Assembly: GCA_965262715.1 (NCBI GenBank)
Contig: OZ253553.1
Location: 1,280,001-1,344,000, forward strand
DNA from: Bdellovibrionales bacterium
GTDB lineage: Bacteria > Bdellovibrionota > Bdellovibrionia > Bdellovibrionales > JAUICD01
Direction: 5' to 3'
Length of the DNA stretch: 64,000 nucleotides
The notes beneath the pieces were generated by a model, which saw only the letters and a program-made list of their open reading frames with translations, made no database searches and had not been told where the DNA came from. Of the stretch, positions 1 through 11,110 are shown one piece after another. How positions within the stretch are numbered: position 1 is the first letter of the stretch; every line of letters begins with the position of its first letter. Made by a program: the position numbers and the translations under genes.

Positions 1-3000
1 ATCAAGAGCTAACATGGCCGGCTGCTCAGTAGAAAAATAACATATGCGGCTTAACATGATAGCACGCCGCAGGTTTTTCAAATGAGGTCTATGGTCTACC
101 ATAATAGCAAGGTTTATATTTTGAGATTGCAGAAAGTTTAAAAAATGTGTCGTATTTAAATCTTCAAGGTTTTTCTTTTGATATGTAGAAAGTATAATAT
201 CCTCAATACATTGCTCTTTCACATCACCACTAACATCTCCTACCACACCTACTTTAAAGCCTAAGTCCATAAGTTTCTTAACAATAGATAGGCCATTTTT
301 TTTACAGGATTGTGGATAACAAACAAGTGCAAATCCTTTTGTAGGGATAGCATTAAAAGCAGCCAATTGAGATTTTCCAAAAGCCAGAGAAAAGTTTTTA
401 TCCCATCCCATCACCTCACCTGTAGACTTCATCTCAGGACCTAAAACTGTATCCGCACCAGCAAATCTAGAAAAAGGTAGAACCACCTCTTTAAATGAAA
501 AGTGGTTTAAATGTAGAGGTGGTAGATGAAAATCAACAAGCTTTTTGCCAACCATCACTTGAGAGGCAATAGCTGCAATAGGAACTCCTGTGGATTTTGC
601 TACAAATGGAGTTGTACGGGATGCCCGAGGATTTACTTCAATCATATAAAGCTTCTCATTACAAACAGCATATTGTACATTCATCAGGCCTTTAACCTTC
701 AAAGCCTTTGCTAAAACTTCGGTGGTTTTATTGATTTGGACTTGTAGAGACTTTGATAAACTCCAAGGAGGAATTACACAAGCGGAATCTCCAGAGTGAA
801 TACCTGCAAGTTCAATATGTTCCATAATTCCAGCAATATAAATACTTTCTCCATCATAAATACCATCTACATCAACCTCCACAGCATTTTCTAAAAAACG
901 ATCTATCAATATAGGTCCATCCAAAATCAATTCTTGATTTTCTTTTAAATATTTCTTTAGACATTGAGCACTTTGAAGAGTGGCCATGGCTTGACCCCCC
1001 AAAACATTTGAAGGACGAATCACAACAGGGTAACCTATCTCATCAATAGCAAGGGATATATCTTCTATTTGATGGCAAATGGTATTTCGAGGCTGAGCTA
1101 TCTCTAACTTTAAAAGCAGTTTTTTCAAACGTTCTCGATTTTCTGCTAAATCAATATTATCAGGAGATGTACCTAAGATAGGGATTTTAGCTTCTTGCAA
1201 AACTTGTGCTAATTTTAAAGAAGTTTGACCTCCAAACTGCACAATCACTCCTAAAAACTGACCTTTTTTTTGTTCCTTATAAATCACTTCTAAAACATAT
1301 TCTGGAAAAAGCCCTTCAAAATAAAGCTTATCAGAAGTGTCATAGTCTGTAGAGACTGTCTCTGGATTGCAATTGATCATAATTGTTTCTAAACCCATAG
1401 CCGATAAACTCTTTGATGCATGTACACATGTGTAGTCAAATTCAATACCTTGTCCGATCCGGTTAGGACCGCTACCAATAATAATGACTTTCTTTTTAGT
1501 AGAAGGAAAAGATTCACACTCTGGATCTGATAAACCATCACCTTCATAACAAGAATACAAATAAGCTGCCTTAGATTCGAATTCACCAGCACAAGTATCC
1601 ACTCTTTTAAAGACCGGTCTGAGGTCAAGCTTGTGCCGCAGTTTTAAAACCTCATCATAACTTTTTGAGGCGAGTTGAGAGAGCCGCATATCAGAGAAAC
1701 CCATCTTTTTTAAACGTAAAAGTTGTATTTTATCTACAGGTAATCCTTCCCTTTGAATTTTTTGCTCTGCATTTACAATTTTTTCAATTTCTGATAAAAA
1801 CCAAGGGTCAATAGCTGTTATTTGATAGATTTCATCAATATCTAAACCCTCTCTAAAACCCTCAGCAATACATAAAATGCGATCAGGTCTAAAAACACCA
1901 AGGGCCTCTTTTAAGATAGCTTGTCTCTCTTCTTTTGTTTCAGCTTCCTTCAGTCCTTCAATTGAAGGAGTCTCAAGTCCCTTAAGCCCTATCTCTAAGC
2001 TGCAAAACCCTTTTTGCAGGCTTTCTGCAAAGCTCCGGCCAATGGACATCACTTCTCCAACAGATTGCATAGAAGTAGATAAAACAGATGCTGTTTCTTT
2101 AAATTTTTCAAAATTAAAACGAGGGATTTTTGTCACAATGTAATCAATAGAAGGCTCAAATGAAATAGGAGTAACTTGTGTGATATCATTTTGGATTTCA
2201 TCAAGTGTGTAACCAATAGCTAGTTTAGCAGCTACTTTGGCAATAGGAAATCCAGTCACTTTAGACGCAAGTGCAGAAGACCTAGAAACCCTGGGATTCA
2301 TTTCTATAATGAGCATTCTCCCATTGCGAGGGTTAACAGCAAACTGCACATTAGATCCACCTGTCTCTACACCAATTTCTCTTAAAACAGCAATAGAAGC
2401 ATCACGCATTTTTTGATATTCTTTATCTGTTAATGTAAGAGCAGGAGCAACTGTAATACTATCCCCTGTGTGCACTCCCATAGGATCTATATTTTCGATA
2501 GAACAAATAATAATAGCTGTATCTTTACAGTCACGCACAACCTCCATTTCATATTCTTTCCAACCTAAAATAGACTCATTGATCAAAACTTGATTTGTCG
2601 GAGATAAATCTAACCCGTAATTAAGAACTTCTTTAAACTCATCTAAATTATAGGCAACTCCTCCTCCACTTCCACCTAAGGTGAAAGAAGGACGTAGAAT
2701 AGCAGGCAAGCCAATATGTTCTAACTCTTTTAAACCCTCTTCCAAGCAGTGCACAATAGCACTTTTTGGAACTTCAAGACCAATCCTTTCCATAGCTTCA
2801 TTAAACATTTGACGATCTTCAGCTTTCTCAATGGCCTCTGGCTTAGCACCAATCATTAGAACACCATGCTTATCTAAAATACCTTCTTTCCAAAGCTGGA
2901 GACCACAATTTAATGCAGTTTGTCCTCCAACTGTACTTAGCAGAGCATCTACTTTTTCCTTGATGATAATTTTTTCAACAGACTTAACAGTAATAGGTTC

Positions 3001-3198
3001 AATATAAGTGGCATCTGCAACTTCAGGGTCTGTCATAATGGTTGCAGGATTTGAATTGACCAAAACAACCCTTAAGCCTTCTTCTTTAAGAGCTTTACAA
3101 GCTTGTGTGCCAGAATAATCAAATTCACAAGCTTGCCCAATAACAATAGGACCTGCCCCAATGACTAAAACAGAGGAAATGTTTTCTTGCTTAGGCAT
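1..3198 (-). CDS. carB: Carbamoyl-phosphate synthase large subunit (3' end runs off the window)
   Basis: Absent from the ORF track because no stop lies in the window. Manual translation from ATG at 3198 gives [37 protein letters not shown], the CarB N-terminus. The second [15 protein letters not shown] repeat is near 1440-1480. Start overlaps the carA stop. Confidence 0.95.
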   Translation of the reverse strand, partial: MPKQENISSVLVIGAGPIVIGQACEFDYSGTQACKALKEEGLRVVLVNSNPATIMTDPEVADATYIEPITVKSVEKIIIKEKVDALLSTVGGQTALNCGLQLWKEGILDKHGVLMIGAKPEAIEKAEDRQMFNEAMERIGLEVPKSAIVHCLEEGLKELEHIGLPAILRPSFTLGGSGGGVAYNLDEFKEVLNYGLDLSPTNQVLINESILGWKEYEMEVVRDCKDTAIIICSIENIDPMGVHTGDSITVAPALTLTDKEYQKMRDASIAVLREIGVETGGSNVQFAVNPRNGRMLIIEMNPRVSRSSALASKVTGFPIAKVAAKLAIGYTLDEIQNDITQVTPISFEPSIDYIVTKIPRFNFEKFKETASVLSTSMQSVGEVMSIGRSFAESLQKGFCSLEIGLKGLETPSIEGLKEAETKEERQAILKEALGVFRPDRILCIAEGFREGLDIDEIYQITAIDPWFLSEIEKIVNAEQKIQREGLPVDKIQLLRLKKMGFSDMRLSQLASKSYDEVLKLRHKLDLRPVFKRVDTCAGEFESKAAYLYSCYEGDGLSDPECESFPSTKKKVIIIGSGPNRIGQGIEFDYTCVHASKSLSAMGLETIMINCNPETVSTDYDTSDKLYFEGLFPEYVLEVIYKEQKKGQFLGVIVQFGGQTSLKLAQVLQEAKIPILGTSPDNIDLAENRERLKKLLLKLEIAQPRNTICHQIEDISLAIDEIGYPVVIRPSNVLGGQAMATLQSAQCLKKYLKENQELILDGPILIDRFLENAVEVDVDGIYDGESIYIAGIMEHIELAGIHSGDSACVIPPWSLSKSLQVQINKTTEVLAKALKVKGLMNVQYAVCNEKLYMIEVNPRASRTTPFVAKSTGVPIAAIASQVMVGKKLVDFHLPPLHLNHFSFKEVVLPFSRFAGADTVLGPEMKSTGEVMGWDKNFSLAFGKSQLAAFNAIPTKGFALVCYPQSCKKNGLSIVKKLMDLGFKVGVVGDVSGDVKEQCIEDIILSTYQKKNLEDLNTTHFLNFLQSQNINLAIMVDHRPHLKNLRRAIMLSRICYFSTEQPAMLALD

Positions 3199-4378
3199 TA
3201 TGTACCGCTAGATCTTTTAGTTTAGATTGTTGAATCATATTATAAAACTCTTTAAATAAATAAGTACTATCATGAGGACCAGGAGAGTTTTCTGGATGAT
3301 ATTGGACTGCAAAAGCATATTTTGTTCTATGACGAATTCCCTCAACTGTTCCATCAAATAGAGACTCATGTGTGATTTCTATATGATCTGGTATAACTTC
3401 CTTCGAAACACAAAAACAATGATTTTGACTGGTGATTTCTACAGATTGATTTTTTAAATTCTTCACAGGATGATTTGCTCCTATATGACCACAGTGCAAT
3501 TTAAGAGTATTCAATCCACAAGTCAAAGCTAAGAGCTGACTGCCTAAACATATACCAAATAAAGGAATATTGTACTCCAAAATCTGAGAGATTACCTCTT
3601 GCGCATAAACAAAAGTGGCAAAAGGATCTCCAGGACCATTAGACAAAAAAATACCATCAGGATGGTGCTTCATAATATCCTTAAAAGGTGTAAGAGAAGA
3701 GACAACAGTCACATCAAAGTTATTGCTTACCAAATGTCTTAAAATATTTCTTTTAATACCATAATCTATAACAACGACATGATACTTTTCACCTACTTGC
3801 TCTACATCTTTTTGCTCATAAAGACCTTCATGCCATTTATACACTTGTCTCATAGAAGCTTGAGAGGCTAATTCTTGCCCAACGAGAGTCGGATAACTTT
3901 TAAGCTGCTTAAAAAGAGTATCTATAGATACACTTTCACCTTTTTGAAGGTAACAAATAAAAGCATTTTGTGGAGTTCCTTTTGCCATTTTTCGCGTTAG
4001 AAACCGTGTATCGATATCAGAGATACCCACCACATTCTGCTCCTTTAACCAACTAGACAAAGAAGACTCGGCACGGTAATTTGACGGTTCTGTAATAGAG
4101 TGTCTTAAAACCAAGCCATTACAAAACACTCTTTGAGACTCATTATCTTGAAGATTACATCCGACGTTTCCAATGTGTGGAAATGTAAAAGTAATGATCT
4201 GTCCTAAATAAGACGGATCAGTTAAAATTTCTTGATATCCTGTCATAGAAACATTGAAACAAATTTCTCCTTTTGCTATTCCATGAACTCCCACACCCTG
4301 GCCAAATAAAACAGATCCATCAGATGTTAACAAAACAGCATCAAACAAGTCATCCGCAGTGAATGTGGTTTCTTTCAA
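3191..4378 (-). CDS. carA: Carbamoyl-phosphate synthase small subunit
   Basis: [26 protein letters not shown] and QYHPE motifs. Likely start is TTG at 4378 after GGAGG (ORF track extends to 4408). Confidence 0.96.
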   Translation of the reverse strand: MKETTFTADDLFDAVLLTSDGSVLFGQGVGVHGIAKGEICFNVSMTGYQEILTDPSYLGQIITFTFPHIGNVGCNLQDNESQRVFCNGLVLRHSITEPSNYRAESSLSSWLKEQNVVGISDIDTRFLTRKMAKGTPQNAFICYLQKGESVSIDTLFKQLKSYPTLVGQELASQASMRQVYKWHEGLYEQKDVEQVGEKYHVVVIDYGIKRNILRHLVSNNFDVTVVSSLTPFKDIMKHHPDGIFLSNGPGDPFATFVYAQEVISQILEYNIPLFGICLGSQLLALTCGLNTLKLHCGHIGANHPVKNLKNQSVEITSQNHCFCVSKEVIPDHIEITHESLFDGTVEGIRHRTKYAFAVQYHPENSPGPHDSTYLFKEFYNMIQQSKLKDLAVHNA

Positions 4379-4511
4379 GATATTTCCTCCCAACTTTTTC
4401 TCAGCCAATTCGGAAAATCACCTATTGTTAGAAACTTTATACACTTTAAAGAGAGTTTTTGTATATTTATTTGAAGAATATTTTTATTTAAATATCTGCC
4501 TTGTTCATCTA

Positions 4512-4567
4512 TCTGCCAATATGCCAGCCAACTAGATAACCAATTTGCCAGATGGCTAGCTTGCCTA
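4512..4567. repeat. Degenerate 8-bp tandem repeat (about wTTGCCAG x7)
   Basis: tctgccaa tatgccag ccaactag ataaccaa tttgccag atggctag cttgccta. Confidence 0.55.
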
Positions 4568-4623
4568 CAACTCATTTGTATCTTTAGGACTATATTCGTC
4601 AAAATATCTCCTTAAGATTTACC

Positions 4624-4693
4624 TCACTGGTGACTCGTCACTGGTGACTTGTCATTAATGACTCATTATTAGTGACTCATTACTAGTGACTCA
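4624..4693. repeat. 5 x 14-bp tandem repeat with palindromic cores
   Basis: tcactggtgactcg tcactggtgacttg tcattaatgactca ttattagtgactca ttactagtgactca. Confidence 0.85.
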
Positions 4694-4946
4694 TTTTCGA
4701 CTTTTTCTACATTTTGTTATTGTTGATGATTAATAGAAAGAAGTAAAGCTTCTTTTAGAGACAGTTTATCATCTTTTTGCTTTTTTATTTAAAATTTCCA
4801 TGACTCTAATTACTGTTTGTATCTATTTGATTAACATAAAATGTTATAATATAAGTCAATACATGATAATTTTGAATACTTTATATACACCTTGTATAAG
4901 AAATTGACAAATTCTTAAAATAAAACATAGTTGATCAAGTTTTAAA

Positions 4947-4970
4947 AAAGCCTTGATTTTACAAGGCTTT
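4947..4970. promoter_or_regulatory. Inverted repeat with core CTTGATTTTACAAG; possible IHF or activator site
   Basis: aaagccttg-atttta-caaggcttt. The same 14-bp core is at 21194-21207, and both lie upstream of sigma-54 boxes. Confidence 0.45.
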
Positions 4971-5040
4971 AAGAGTTTCTTTTTTCTATCATAGACATTT
5001 TATATTTCAAAATGATTTATAAAAATACCAGTTTAAGGTA

Positions 5041-5056
5041 TGGCATCTCTTTTGCT
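5041..5056 (+). promoter_or_regulatory. Sigma-54 (-24/-12) promoter
   Basis: TGGCATCTCTTTTGCT has exact GG-N10-GC spacing and ends 57 bp before the ATG of the lipoprotein at 5114. Confidence 0.75.
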
Positions 5057-5113
5057 GTAATAACTACTAGGCATATTTTTATTAACACTTAATGTATAAC
5101 TTGGAGGTTATAA

Positions 5114-6082
5114 ATGGACAAAAAATTAATTATCACCAATCTTTTATCTGTCACCATAGCAATTACAGGGACCTTATTTGCCGTTGGATGTGCTAATGAC
5201 AAAAAACCAGCAGCAGACCTTGAGGAAGATAGCAGAGATGCTGTTGCATCTGAAGACACTTATAAGGAAGATGTTCAAGAGCTTGCAGAAGCACTTTATT
5301 CAGAAGGACGACTTCATCAACATGTAAACCCATTTGATCTTGAAATTGAAAAAGTTTCAAATCACTCCTTCAGGATAAACGAAGATACTTTGCCAGCACA
5401 AGACGAGCAAAATGGCTACAAATTCTTTAAAGCTGGTGATAACCTTTATCTTATTAAAGAAACAGCAGACGGTTTTGAAGGTGAAGTCCATATTTCTACT
5501 GAGTTAGCAACAGAGGCTGATATAGAACAAACCGTTGTTAAAGCATTCTTTAAAAGCGTTACCATAGCAAATGCTTCTCAAGTTCAAACAGATTTGCAAA
5601 ATCTTGCTAATACAAACGCTAAGCTTAATCTTTTTGCTACATATTGGAATGCAGATGAAGATCAAGTAGTATCTAGTCAAGGACTACAACTTGTAGAAAC
5701 AATTAAAAGTTCTATCCAATTAACTCCTAATCAAGATCACTCAGATCCTGGCAGTGCAAATTATCCAGTAGATATTACCTTTAATTTTAATAGTACAGAA
5801 TCGAATCATGAGGCCGTGATAGAAGAAGGGTTACAATCTTTGTTTGCGAAAAGTTTTTCTATAAGAAGTGCCCCAGGTCTTGATCCAGTCTATATAGCTT
5901 TTGATATCAAAATAAAAGAGAGTCTTACTTCAGAAGAAGAGACAAAGACATTAGAGATCAGGCATACTAATAATGACAATACAGCTCAAGTAGTCGATTC
6001 TGGTGATCAAACTACACAAGAAGAAGAAGCACAAGTGGCTGCAGAAGTACAAGATGATACTGATGCAGAGGAACAGTTGTAA
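5114..6082 (+). CDS. Acidic lipoprotein of unknown function
   Basis: GGAGG RBS, signal peptide with lipobox FAVGC, acidic C-terminus. Confidence 0.8.
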   Translation: MDKKLIITNLLSVTIAITGTLFAVGCANDKKPAADLEEDSRDAVASEDTYKEDVQELAEALYSEGRLHQHVNPFDLEIEKVSNHSFRINEDTLPAQDEQNGYKFFKAGDNLYLIKETADGFEGEVHISTELATEADIEQTVVKAFFKSVTIANASQVQTDLQNLANTNAKLNLFATYWNADEDQVVSSQGLQLVETIKSSIQLTPNQDHSDPGSANYPVDITFNFNSTESNHEAVIEEGLQSLFAKSFSIRSAPGLDPVYIAFDIKIKESLTSEEETKTLEIRHTNNDNTAQVVDSGDQTTQEEEAQVAAEVQDDTDAEEQL

Positions 6083-6145
6083 GTGAAAAAGATGTGGGTT
6101 TGTGAACAATAATAGAAACTAAAAGTCTAAACCTCATCATCTATA

Positions 6146-6188
6146 ACAAAAAAAGGGTAAGTCCAATAAGGCTTACCTTTTTTGTTTT
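6146..6188. terminator. Intrinsic terminator, probably bidirectional
   Basis: aaaaaagggtaagtc-caataa-ggcttaccttttttg between convergent genes. Confidence 0.7.
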
Positions 6189-6256
6189 TAAAATAACTAT
6201 TTCTTCCCTATTATGAATAGTTCAAGTAAATAAATACTTCTAATAATCTATATTTC

Positions 6257-6350
6257 TTTCCGAGAAACCGGCAGTCGGGCAAGCTGGCAGACAAGCAGTC
6301 AGTTCCCGGGAACCGATTCCGGATTGCCAGATTGCCAGATCCCGGGAAAA
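6257..6350. repeat. GC-rich octamer-repeat palindrome
   Basis: ggcagtcg ggcaagct ggcagaca agcagtca, then central gttcccgggaac, then inverted gattgcca gattgcca gatcccgg. Confidence 0.6.
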
Positions 6351-6379
6351 ACGATTCTTAAGTAGTTATGAACTTAAGA

Positions 6380-6724
6380 TTAACTCACAATAGGTGAAGA
6401 AAGACGTTTTCCACCAAGAATATGAAAATGTAAGTGATCAATCTCCTGTCCACCATATTCTTTACAATTAACTATAACTCGGTACCCTTTTTCATCTATA
6501 CCAGCTGCCTTTGCAATCTCTGGAATCTTTGAAATGAGATGACCCATAAGCTGAACATCTCCACCTTTCACTTCCTGTATACTAGGTATCTCTTTTTTTG
6601 GGATCAAAAGAATATGCACAGGAGCTTGCGGATGAATATCATTAAACGCTAAGCAGTGTTCATCTTCAAAAACAATTTTTGCAGGTATCTTCTTATCAAT
6701 GATCTGACTAAAAATAGTTGACAT
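6380..6724 (-). CDS. hinT: Histidine triad nucleotide-binding protein
   Basis: TIFSQII...HLHFHILGG HIT motif. Confidence 0.93.
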   Translation of the reverse strand: MSTIFSQIIDKKIPAKIVFEDEHCLAFNDIHPQAPVHILLIPKKEIPSIQEVKGGDVQLMGHLISKIPEIAKAAGIDEKGYRVIVNCKEYGGQEIDHLHFHILGGKRLSSPIVS

Positions 6725-6738
6725 AAAATATCTCCCTT

Positions 6739-6892
6739 CTGTTTCCCTAAAAATAGTCTCGCCTCTGGCGACTTTCTGTCATTGCCCTCAGACGTGCCTA
6801 CGCCGTCTGGCAAATAGGGCAATGCCTAGAAAGCCTGACCATTTTTAGGATGTGGAGACTCCCCTCATTCTTTAACACAATGTTAAGGAAAT
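6739..6892. repeat. Structured dispersed element, family B copy 1
   Basis: Homologous to 16987-17134 and, inverted and partial, to 25911-25983. Multi-stem fold. Confidence 0.8.
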
Positions 6893-6951
6893 CATTTATT
6901 ACCTTATTTCCTATCTCCTTCTCTCCAACAAATCATACTAAATCTTTTCAT

Positions 6952-7063
6952 AGCATTTAAGATTTGATGTTTTAAGCCAAAGACGAGCTCTTCCGCAGAG
7001 TGATTGCTGTAAGGCAATCACTCGAGGACTTCGAGGATTGGATTAAAATATCAAAATCATTGC
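6952..7063. repeat. REP-like long palindromic element
   Basis: Outer arms gatttgatgttttaa / ttaaaatatcaaaatc with inner hairpin gagtgattgc-tgtaag-gcaatcactc. Confidence 0.65.
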
Positions 7064-7064
7064 T

Positions 7065-7526
7065 TTAAAGATTTTTTCTTTTCTCATCACTACTCTTATC
7101 TTTTATTTTGTCTTTTATTTTGTCTTTAGTTTCTTTTGCAGAGGATGGTTGTTTTCTCTCTACTTCTATACTCAACTTAAGTTTATGAGTGTCTAAGACC
7201 TTGAAAATATTCTTTTGAAAAGTTGAACTGTTAATGGTTTTGATGATCTCAACAGCCACATCCTTACTGATATAATTTAAAATTTGATCTTTAGAAGACA
7301 TTGCGCTTTCTAAAAGAGGTTTTAGCAATTCTTTTGGCAACTTAATGTCCCCTAACGCTGTTTTTATACCTTCTTCCGTTAGAAAAGAGGCAGTAGAACC
7401 TACAGTAAATAATCGCTTTAAACCATCTGCGAAAGATTTGATCTTTGAGTTTTCATAATTTATTTTTTCCTCTTGATGGTCATGTTCGGATTTATCTTTT
7501 TGATCCTTATCCATAAAGCTCGACAA
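7065..7526 (-). CDS. Hypothetical protein
   Basis: Coupled to the SRPBCC gene (likely ATG at 7514). KDKI repeat at the C-terminus. Confidence 0.75.
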   Translation of the reverse strand: MSSFMDKDQKDKSEHDHQEEKINYENSKIKSFADGLKRLFTVGSTASFLTEEGIKTALGDIKLPKELLKPLLESAMSSKDQILNYISKDVAVEIIKTINSSTFQKNIFKVLDTHKLKLSIEVERKQPSSAKETKDKIKDKIKDKSSDEKRKNL

Positions 7527-7950
7527 CCCTCTTATGATAAGACTTCATCATGTTAGGAAGATTGATCTGAAGCAAAGTATTAGTAATGCTTCTTGGAATA
7601 AAAACCTTAAACTGACAATCTATATGAAAAGTTGCACAGCACCTATCAGATAAATCTTCTAATTTCCAATAACCTTTATTTGATTTAAAAATAGATCCTC
7701 CTGCAAATTCCCAATCTATCCGGTAAGAAGCTGCATCTTCTTTCATCCAAAGCTTGTAGGTAAAAGACTTTATAAGTTGAACATCATATTCAACAAGCTT
7801 TTTGCTGTTTTCCTCTTTGATAATCTGACAATGAGAAATTTCAGATAAAAAATTAGGATACTTTTCATAATCTGTAACAATTTTATAAAAATTATCCGTA
7901 GAACAAGAAAAAACCTCATTTACTGTTATACTTGCCATGATATGCCCCAA
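7507..7950 (-). CDS. SRPBCC/Coq10-RatA cyclase-like protein
   Basis: FYKIVTDYEKYPNFL pattern and F-K-S-N-K-G-Y-W motif. Confidence 0.85.
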   Translation of the reverse strand: MGHIMASITVNEVFSCSTDNFYKIVTDYEKYPNFLSEISHCQIIKEENSKKLVEYDVQLIKSFTYKLWMKEDAASYRIDWEFAGGSIFKSNKGYWKLEDLSDRCCATFHIDCQFKVFIPRSITNTLLQINLPNMMKSYHKRVVELYG

Positions 7951-8103
7951 TCAACTCTTAAGTCCTAAACTATCATATCTATTTTTAAAAAAACTGCAAG
8001 TTTATAATTCCCACACAAAATATTTGCACCGCCTCTAACATAAATAGCTTTTTGGTCTTTTAATTTATCTTTTACAATTCAAGCTTTTGTGCTCAACTTC
8101 ACA

Positions 8104-8253
8104 AGCTGATGCTATCATTTTAACTGTTATCAGAGAAGAGACACTGTTTCCCCCTCGATGCCTCTTTCAGCTTCTTGAAAAGCTAACACTTTTCAAGAAG
8201 TTCAGACATCTCGTGGAGATCAGTATCGAGTCTCATGGGCATAAGCATCAACT
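8104..8253. repeat. Long palindromic intergenic element
   Basis: Outer tgatgct/agcatca and a perfect core cttcttgaaaag-ctaaca-cttttcaagaag. Confidence 0.6.
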
Positions 8254-8288
8254 TTACCTATTTATAGGGTAATAAAATGCTCATTCAT

Positions 8289-9335
8289 TTATGAAGTGCT
8301 ATTAATAAGAAGAGAAATACAAAAAACTTGAGGTAAGGTCACTAGCGGTAAAAAAAGAGCAATTTTCCATGATTTACAGTTTTCTTTAATAACCATAATC
8401 TCTGTATAATCTGTTGATACTCCTGTCATTAAAAAAGCAAATGTATTTCCAGGAGCCTGCTTCATAAACTCAGCAGCAATAGGAGTTGACCCTTCTGAAC
8501 AAACCTCTATTATTGAAGATATTAAAATAGTTAATAGTAATCCTAAAAAAGTTGGTCCAAAATAATTGGCAAATATATCATGAGGAACAAAAGTCCTAAT
8601 AGCACTAGCTATTATAACACCAAAAAATGTCCACTTGATAATAATTGTCGAACCTTGAAATCCTTTTTGCAAAAGAGATAAAAGGAAACTCCAATGAAAC
8701 TTCTTGCCTTTTAATAATGACCAAAGTTCTCCTTTTAGGTGAAAATCTTTAGGAGCTTTATAGCTATTGGGATTTACTGGTAAGACTTTTTTTCTAACTA
8801 AAGAGTCAAAAATAAAGCCTGATATCAATGCAATAACAGCAGATAATAAGATAAAATACAATGTCCACTTCCATCCAATAAGAGTTATAAGTATGAGAGA
8901 TAAAGAAAAAGAATTCCATGGACTGGCGATCAAAAACGCCATCATTTGTCCTAAACTAGCTCCCCTCTCATAAAGTTTAACTCCTATCATCAAAATACCA
9001 TGACTGCACATATCTAAAAACAAACCAGCCATAACAGCTCTTAACAAACCCTTGAAGCTCCCAGCTGGACCTAAAATACTCATTACGATTTCTCGAGGCA
9101 CATAACTTAATAGACCCACAGAAATAATCCCCATAGCAATCCCTATCCACATCTGTTTTAAGAGCATGTACTCAGAATGAACAAAAATGTAAAGTTGAGA
9201 TGATAAAGAAAAATTAAGCCATAAAGAAATAAGATAAAAACAGGCTCCACCTAGGGTAACTAGACTAAAAAACCAAAGAAAATAGTCTCTTGGCACAAAA
9301 GAATCACATTCTGAATCTTCACAAGATGATTTCAA
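8289..9335 (-). CDS. Predicted permease (ArsP/DUF318-like)
   Basis: Many TM segments; CSHG...GASLGQMMAFLIASPW and VCSEGSTPIA motifs. Confidence 0.8.
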   Translation of the reverse strand: MKSSCEDSECDSFVPRDYFLWFFSLVTLGGACFYLISLWLNFSLSSQLYIFVHSEYMLLKQMWIGIAMGIISVGLLSYVPREIVMSILGPAGSFKGLLRAVMAGLFLDMCSHGILMIGVKLYERGASLGQMMAFLIASPWNSFSLSLILITLIGWKWTLYFILLSAVIALISGFIFDSLVRKKVLPVNPNSYKAPKDFHLKGELWSLLKGKKFHWSFLLSLLQKGFQGSTIIIKWTFFGVIIASAIRTFVPHDIFANYFGPTFLGLLLTILISSIIEVCSEGSTPIAAEFMKQAPGNTFAFLMTGVSTDYTEIMVIKENCKSWKIALFLPLVTLPQVFCISLLINSTS

Positions 9336-9372
9336 TTTTAAGATCTCCCTTTCTCACTATCTTCTAATAAAA

Positions 9373-9407
9373 AATAAAAAGTCCCACATCAAGTGGAACT
9401 TTTTATT
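9373..9407. terminator. Intrinsic terminator after the basic protein gene
   Basis: aataaaaagtcccac-atcaa-gtggaactttttatt. Confidence 0.65.
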
Positions 9408-9460
9408 GACGCTCTGTAATAAGAAAGCATCTTGCAAATAAAAAAAAGTAAATCTAAAAC

Positions 9461-9700
9461 TTATCTCTTTTTACGAGTTGTCTTTTTAGACGTAGCCTTT
9501 CTTCTAGTTGTCTTTTTCTTAGCTGCAGGTCTCTTTTTTGCCACTTTCTTCTTAGTCTTTTTTGCAACAGCTTTCTTTTTAACTACCTTCTTCTTTGTAA
9601 TTCTTGCTTTTGTGACCCTCTTCTTTGCTGTTGTTTTCCTAGTTACAGTTCTTTTCTTAGCTTTTGCTTTTGCTGTTGATTTTCTAGTTTTTGCTGCCAT
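9461..9700 (-). CDS. Histone H1-like Lys/Arg-rich basic protein
   Basis: 79 aa of K/R/A/T/V low-complexity sequence with no acidic residues, GAGGAG RBS and a downstream terminator. Confidence 0.85.
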   Translation of the reverse strand: MAAKTRKSTAKAKAKKRTVTRKTTAKKRVTKARITKKKVVKKKAVAKKTKKKVAKKRPAAKKKTTRRKATSKKTTRKKR

Positions 9701-9912
9701 GATAACTCTCCTCAGTTTTTAAAAACAAATAAGCAAGCTTAAAAAGCATATTTGCTCATTTTTGTTTACATTTTTTAATGACCTTTATAACAAGGTTCAC
9801 CGCTATGACTAGCTTGGTCAACAAAAAATTTTATTTTTTTTCATTTTTTTTTCACTTTTTTTCATTTTTAGCATCTTTCTTGCTTATAAAAAGAATAAAA
9901 AAGGTGAAAACT

Positions 9913-10662
9913 ATGCTTTTTAAGTTTTTATTTTTATTTTCCGGCTTTTTAACCATAAGCCGGAACATTTATATTGTTTTAGGCTTACTTGGATTAATGA
10001 ATTTACTTTCTTCTATAAGAATCTGTTCTCTTATTATAACAATTTTTTGTCTTATCATGTTTTTCATTTTTCAATTAGAGGCTCCACTTAATTATTTTAT
10101 CTTTAGCCTTTTATCTTTATCTTCCTTTCTTTTAAAGCCACTTGCCCAATCTTACCTAAAACAAAAGATGCAATATCATTTAAACCATATTCTTAATATC
10201 TTGGTTTTAAAAATGAGATCAGGGCACTCATTTTCAAGTGCTTTTCAAAGTATTTGCAAAGAAAACGACACAATTATTCAAAAAAAACTACGTAATATAG
10301 CTAGCCTATTAAAGTACTGGAATGAAAAACAAGTTAAAACTCTGAAAGGGTTTGATCTAGAAATTGTTCTACGACTTCATGAAATCATGCAATCTTCTTC
10401 GCACCGTTTAAACCAAGTCATCCATTTAAGAAATGAGATAAAAATGAGGAATGACTTTCAAAAACAATCTATTCAAGCAGCCCTACAAACACGTCTACAA
10501 AGTCTATTATTGATTGGAATTTATATCGTCATTGCTATTTTGATGTCAAAAACCTATGGATTTGATCTGGTGAAATTATGGATATTTCTTTCCTTACTTC
10601 CAATGCTTTTAGGCACATATATATTGATGACCATCCCAAAGAGATTCAAATGGAAAATATAA
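9913..10662 (+). CDS. TadB-like (T2SS F family) membrane protein
   Basis: 'LVLKMRSGHSFSSAF' pattern and TM segments. Likely ATG at 9913 (ORF track starts at 9778). Confidence 0.6.
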   Translation: MLFKFLFLFSGFLTISRNIYIVLGLLGLMNLLSSIRICSLIITIFCLIMFFIFQLEAPLNYFIFSLLSLSSFLLKPLAQSYLKQKMQYHLNHILNILVLKMRSGHSFSSAFQSICKENDTIIQKKLRNIASLLKYWNEKQVKTLKGFDLEIVLRLHEIMQSSSHRLNQVIHLRNEIKMRNDFQKQSIQAALQTRLQSLLLIGIYIVIAILMSKTYGFDLVKLWIFLSLLPMLLGTYILMTIPKRFKWKI

Positions 10663-10672
10663 AGGAGTTAGA

Positions 10673-11110
10673 ATGGATGATATAGCACCACCACTTAAAT
10701 GCATACTTTATATTGAAAAAGCATTGTCAGAAGGCAAATCTCTACAAACAGGTCTAAAAAAATACATCGCATCAGGAAAGTTATCTTCTCATAAAGAAGA
10801 TTTCTCTTATGAAGTTCAAGAATTATTACAAACATTTTTAATGGATAAAAGTCCATCTGAGTTGAAGTCAAAGACCATTTATAGAAGTGCTCTAAAAGAT
10901 TTACTATGGTCAGGATTAAAAGGCCAAAGTATTTATAAGGAATTACAAGGTCTCAAAGAAGAAATCACTAGAGCCTCTTATGCAGATATTAAGACTTTTA
11001 TCGATTCTATAGCCTTAAAATCGACTATCCCTTTACTGTGTTTACAATTTCCAGCTTTTTTAATGCTATTGATGGGACCTGTTCTCACACAAATATTGGA
11101 GTTTTTATGA
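10673..11110 (+). CDS. Short TadC-like protein
   Basis: Follows the TadB-like gene. The C-terminal K..IPLL.LQFPAFL.LLMGP helix is TadC-like. Confidence 0.5.
   Translation: MDDIAPPLKCILYIEKALSEGKSLQTGLKKYIASGKLSSHKEDFSYEVQELLQTFLMDKSPSELKSKTIYRSALKDLLWSGLKGQSIYKELQGLKEEITRASYADIKTFIDSIALKSTIPLLCLQFPAFLMLLMGPVLTQILEFL

Noticed and set aside
4624..4693. CRISPR array
   Set aside because: 14-bp units with no spacers, and no cas genes in the window.
9432..9722. 96-aa hydrophobic ORF on +
   Set aside because: Antisense shadow of the Lys-rich gene, which has the RBS and terminator.
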